Assembly: GCF_009914755.1 (NCBI RefSeq)
Contig: NC_060934.1
Strand: one strand, 5' to 3'
Source of the DNA: the human T2T-CHM13v2.0 reference genome, Homo sapiens
DNA: 64,000 nt
In this document: one piece after another, positions 60,534-64,000 of the stretch
Layout: each line of letters starts with the position of its first letter
Numbering within the stretch: position 1 is the first letter of the stretch
Translations under genes and position numbers: made by a program
Notes under the pieces: model-generated
Seen by the model: only the letters and a program-made list of their open reading frames with translations
Databases searched by the model: none
Told to the model about the DNA's origin: nothing

Positions 60534-60940
60534 TGACATTATATGCATGACAGCCTGAGAAGTAAAAATTCATACATTTAATGAATTAGATTTTAATTTC
60601 TTTTACTAAATATGTGAATTTTAGATTAAGAAATATTGATTAACTATCCAAATATTTCTAATATTTGTTCATCACTTAAAATAAACATGATTTGTCTTTT
60701 AGCCAGATGATATATAGTGGGAAACCACGTTTCTGAAATTCACAGTTATTTCAAAACTATAAATTTAATCGGGACGCTTTTCACATGTCAAGTTAAATAT
60801 TGATTTAGGTTTAAAGTGACACAAGTTGAATTTCATTATTTATATTAAAGAAAGTCAGCGAAATTTCCATAATTAAAGTTTGTTCTTCCTGGCATTCTTT
60901 TCTAATTTTTCTTTTTTTAACCTGCAAAGTTTCCAGTTTA

Positions 60941-60954
60941 CCAGTAGAGGGCAC
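60941..60954 (+). promoter_or_regulatory. Candidate CTCF site
   Basis: CCAGTAGAGGGCAC is a full match to CCASYAGRKGGCRS in non-repeat sequence. Confidence 0.6.
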
Positions 60955-63900
60955 TGTTGTAACATGGTAGAAGTGTTGGGTTGATTTTTTTTTTTTTTTT
61001 TTTTTCTTTCTTTCCCAGTAGCTACCCGCTCCTCCGCCTTTGCAGTTTGGAAAGTGTTTTTTAAAAGCAATGTTCTCTGTGTAATTAAAATCAGTTCCCT
61101 GTATAATTAGCAATGGAGCCTTATTCTTTGTGGCAGAGTTTGTGGATGGCGTTATTATTTAAGTCTGTGTTCGTGTATAGCCAATGCCAGAACTGTTGCC
61201 TATTAAAATATAGGAAGTTATATTGCCGTTTATCAGCACTAAGCAATATTGTAGATGGAAATATATAAAATTACAGTATGTTTCATTTAGGTGCTCTGAG
61301 CAAATTACTCAATGGGGAACGTTTAAAACTCCTGGTTCTATCTTGAGAAATAGCAGAGTTAATGTGCCATAGTTATAATATCTTGCTTTCAGGTGCCCTG
61401 AATAATAATACAGGACAACTAATTCTTGCAGGGTTTTCAAAACTATATCTGCATTAGTGTACTGCTTAAGAAAGCCACTGATCTACTTAGCAAATTCTTT
61501 ATATAATTTCTTTTTCACGCTGCCTTAAAATCATACAATTTTGATACAGATATCAAACTACTAAAATAGTATTAAAGCACAATTAAAGTTATTTCTTTCT
61601 TTCTTAAAAGACATATATGTTATATAAAATAACATTAAATGTGCATTCATTGCCTGGCTGCCTTGGGAAATATTTGGGGGCAGGGAGTTTAGAGAGAATC
61701 CAAGCCTGAATTTTGAGTTGTCAGAGGTGTAATTCATGAAGTTATAATTTATCCATAAATCCCAAAGTCTCTATAAGTAGTTTAAAAACAAACAGAAATC
61801 TTATTTCAAGACTAAATTATAGATTATTTGCTATACAATTTTTTGGAACTGAAAAAATTAAAAGTAATAATTTAATATGTTTATAATTAATTTCATTCTG
61901 TGCTTTAATATTTGTAAAATATTTGAGAATCTGGAATCTTAGGGTTTTTAAATCTTTAATCGATAGCCATATCAAATTAGGGAATTAGTATTTTCTTCAA
62001 GATTTTTTTTTTCTAACTTTATGAAATACTCTAGCTAAAAAGTTGGCTCTGTTGAAATTGTGTTTCTCTCTAACAGACCTATTTTAAAAGGTGGAAAACG
62101 GCTTTCATTGACTTACTTTGTATCCACAGACTTAGGAAAGCAGGTAATTTAATGTTTACTTAGTGATTTACTTTGACAATAAAAATGTAGGGTAAAATTT
62201 GAGAGATGAACGAGATGGTTGAGGAACCTGTCATGTAATTTTAGAAAAACATTTAGGAATATCTTTTATGCATTAGTCACTGCAGGTGCAAATTTAGAAT
62301 AGTTTAGTAGAACTGGAACAAAATGTCATTTTCTAAATCTAAGTTTCTTTGGTGTTATGGATGTCCCCAAGGGAAGACATCCGAGTTCTCCCCCCCCCCC
62401 CGTCAAAAGGGGGTGTCGAATTTGAGGGGAGTCCCCCACTCCCTTGTCCTTAGGGTACGTCATAAAGCAGATGGGACCAGGTATTTTGAAGAATCAGCCA
62501 AATAACAGAAGGACATGACAGAGGCTGTCCTAGTTCCTTGATTAAAATGTGTAAGGTTGATTAGAGAAAAGAACTTAATGCTGTTTATAGATAGAAAACT
62601 GTTGCTTTCTCATTTCTTATTACCAAAGTGAGACTGAAACAAATGTTGATTCTGTTGGCACATTTGTATTGAGCACTTAGGTTCCCTGTATCATCTTGGT
62701 CATGATTACCGCTGTGTTTCCCCTCGAGAGGCCATTGCAGGTTTTAGTCTGGGCTATTTGTATTCAGCAAGGTCAAGATAAGTTTTATCGTTACAGATAA
62801 GTCAAGTGCATTAGGATCAATAGGTAATAGTAAGTGCATTGAAGATATTATTGCCAAGCTCTTAATGATTTTTTAAAGCTGTGAGCTTGTCATATAAAAT
62901 ATACCTCTTATTGTTTTATCTATCTGAATGGAGCTCAGGAGTCCAATTAATTTTGCGGACATTTCAAGAAAGAGTAAAGAAACTTAAGGGCAGATTAAAG
63001 CAATGTTTTTGGAAATCCTTAATTGCTCTGCATTTAAACTTGTACTGATGAAGTTTTAGAGGCTAATTATTTTTAAAGAAATGCAAAAGGACAGCTAGTA
63101 GACAGCATTTATAAATTACAAATATTACTTGAGTTTACTTGTTAAGACAATCATTTTTTGAAGTTATATATATCTTACCCCTGGGCTTTCCTGCATAAAT
63201 CAGATTTCTGCTTCTTCAGGTGGGGAATAGTGTGGAAAAAAAGACCTTTTATACTTACCAAGGGATGATGGTGAGTATTTCATTATTTTAGAATTTCTGT
63301 TCTGGCCTAAATATATAAATAAGCTCTATAAGCTCTATATATTTAAAGCCAAAAATATCCTAAACATTTTCATGATTTTTTTTCTTTTTTACTGAAAGGA
63401 ATAGTTTTTATGGATTATATTAATTAATATATTAAAAATATGGACTCTAACAGATATGTTTTGTCTTAGTTTTTTTTTTCAGTTAATTTTCTGTGGCCCA
63501 AAACATGACCACAACATTAGGTGAAATGTAGATTGCATTTCTTTTCTTTTCTAGGTGCAGATTACATGGAAAACTTTTTTCATCGATTTCTTAGCTGTAT
63601 GTATCATGTAACTGTTCAAAACACATAAACTAAAGAAATTATGTATTGAGCTCGGGTTTTTTTCCTTCTTCAGTACAGCCATTTTAAAAAATCCTTTCTA
63701 AACTTTTTAGACTTCTAGTTTGGAATGTTGTGGTGCCTGCTTGCATTTGTGCTTCTTAATCCTTCAAAATGTGCTGTTTTTCTTTTGATACTCAATTATA
63801 GATAGCAGTTTGTAGGTTTTCCTTGTTTTAAGTGAAGCTTTCTTATCTTAGCTGATAATTGAAATAAGGAGACTGAAACCAATCTTCATATTGATTTTAT

Positions 63901-64000
63901 GTATTCTTTATCAGTCACTATTTATATGGTAGTAAATAATCACCATTGCTGTCATAATTGTTCCTCCTCGATATTTTTTTTCTGTCTCCATACATTGTTT

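Overview
This is primate (human-type) genomic DNA containing the 5' end of TAF3 (TFIID subunit 3) on the + strand. It includes a CpG-island promoter (~6.9-8.1 kb), coding exon 1 (ATG 7459..7624), a 5,441-nt intron 1, coding exon 2 (13066..13308) and ~50 kb of intron 2, with no exon 3 seen. Together the exons encode MCESYSRSLL...PPIVSSQE, the N-terminal histone-fold (BTP) region. The rest is a dense transposon fossil record: ~40 Alus (many nested), old L1/L2/MIR, a two-LTR ERVL (LTR16C/ERV3-16A3-type) provirus upstream of the promoter, several DNA transposons (MER47A, MER30, MER63, MER58A, Tigger2a, a piggyBac Looper-like element), an internally deleted RPL13 retrocopy and a BC200 retrocopy. 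Almost all ORFs in the supplied track are Alu, L1 or microsatellite artefacts. I find no new protein-coding system. The most interesting structures are: (1) evidence for an ancient ~2.7-kb inversion between two inverted MER63 transposons that split one L1 into opposite orientations; (2) a YY1 site that doubles as a strong uORF start in the TAF3 leader; (3) exon 2 architecture (tandem donors, in-frame circle, histone-fold-only read-through product); (4) a minisatellite built from a MIR Pol III A-box; and (5) several template-switch or microhomology signatures. Repeat subfamily names and parent-gene comparisons come from my recollection of consensus sequences and need RepeatMasker/BLAST confirmation.
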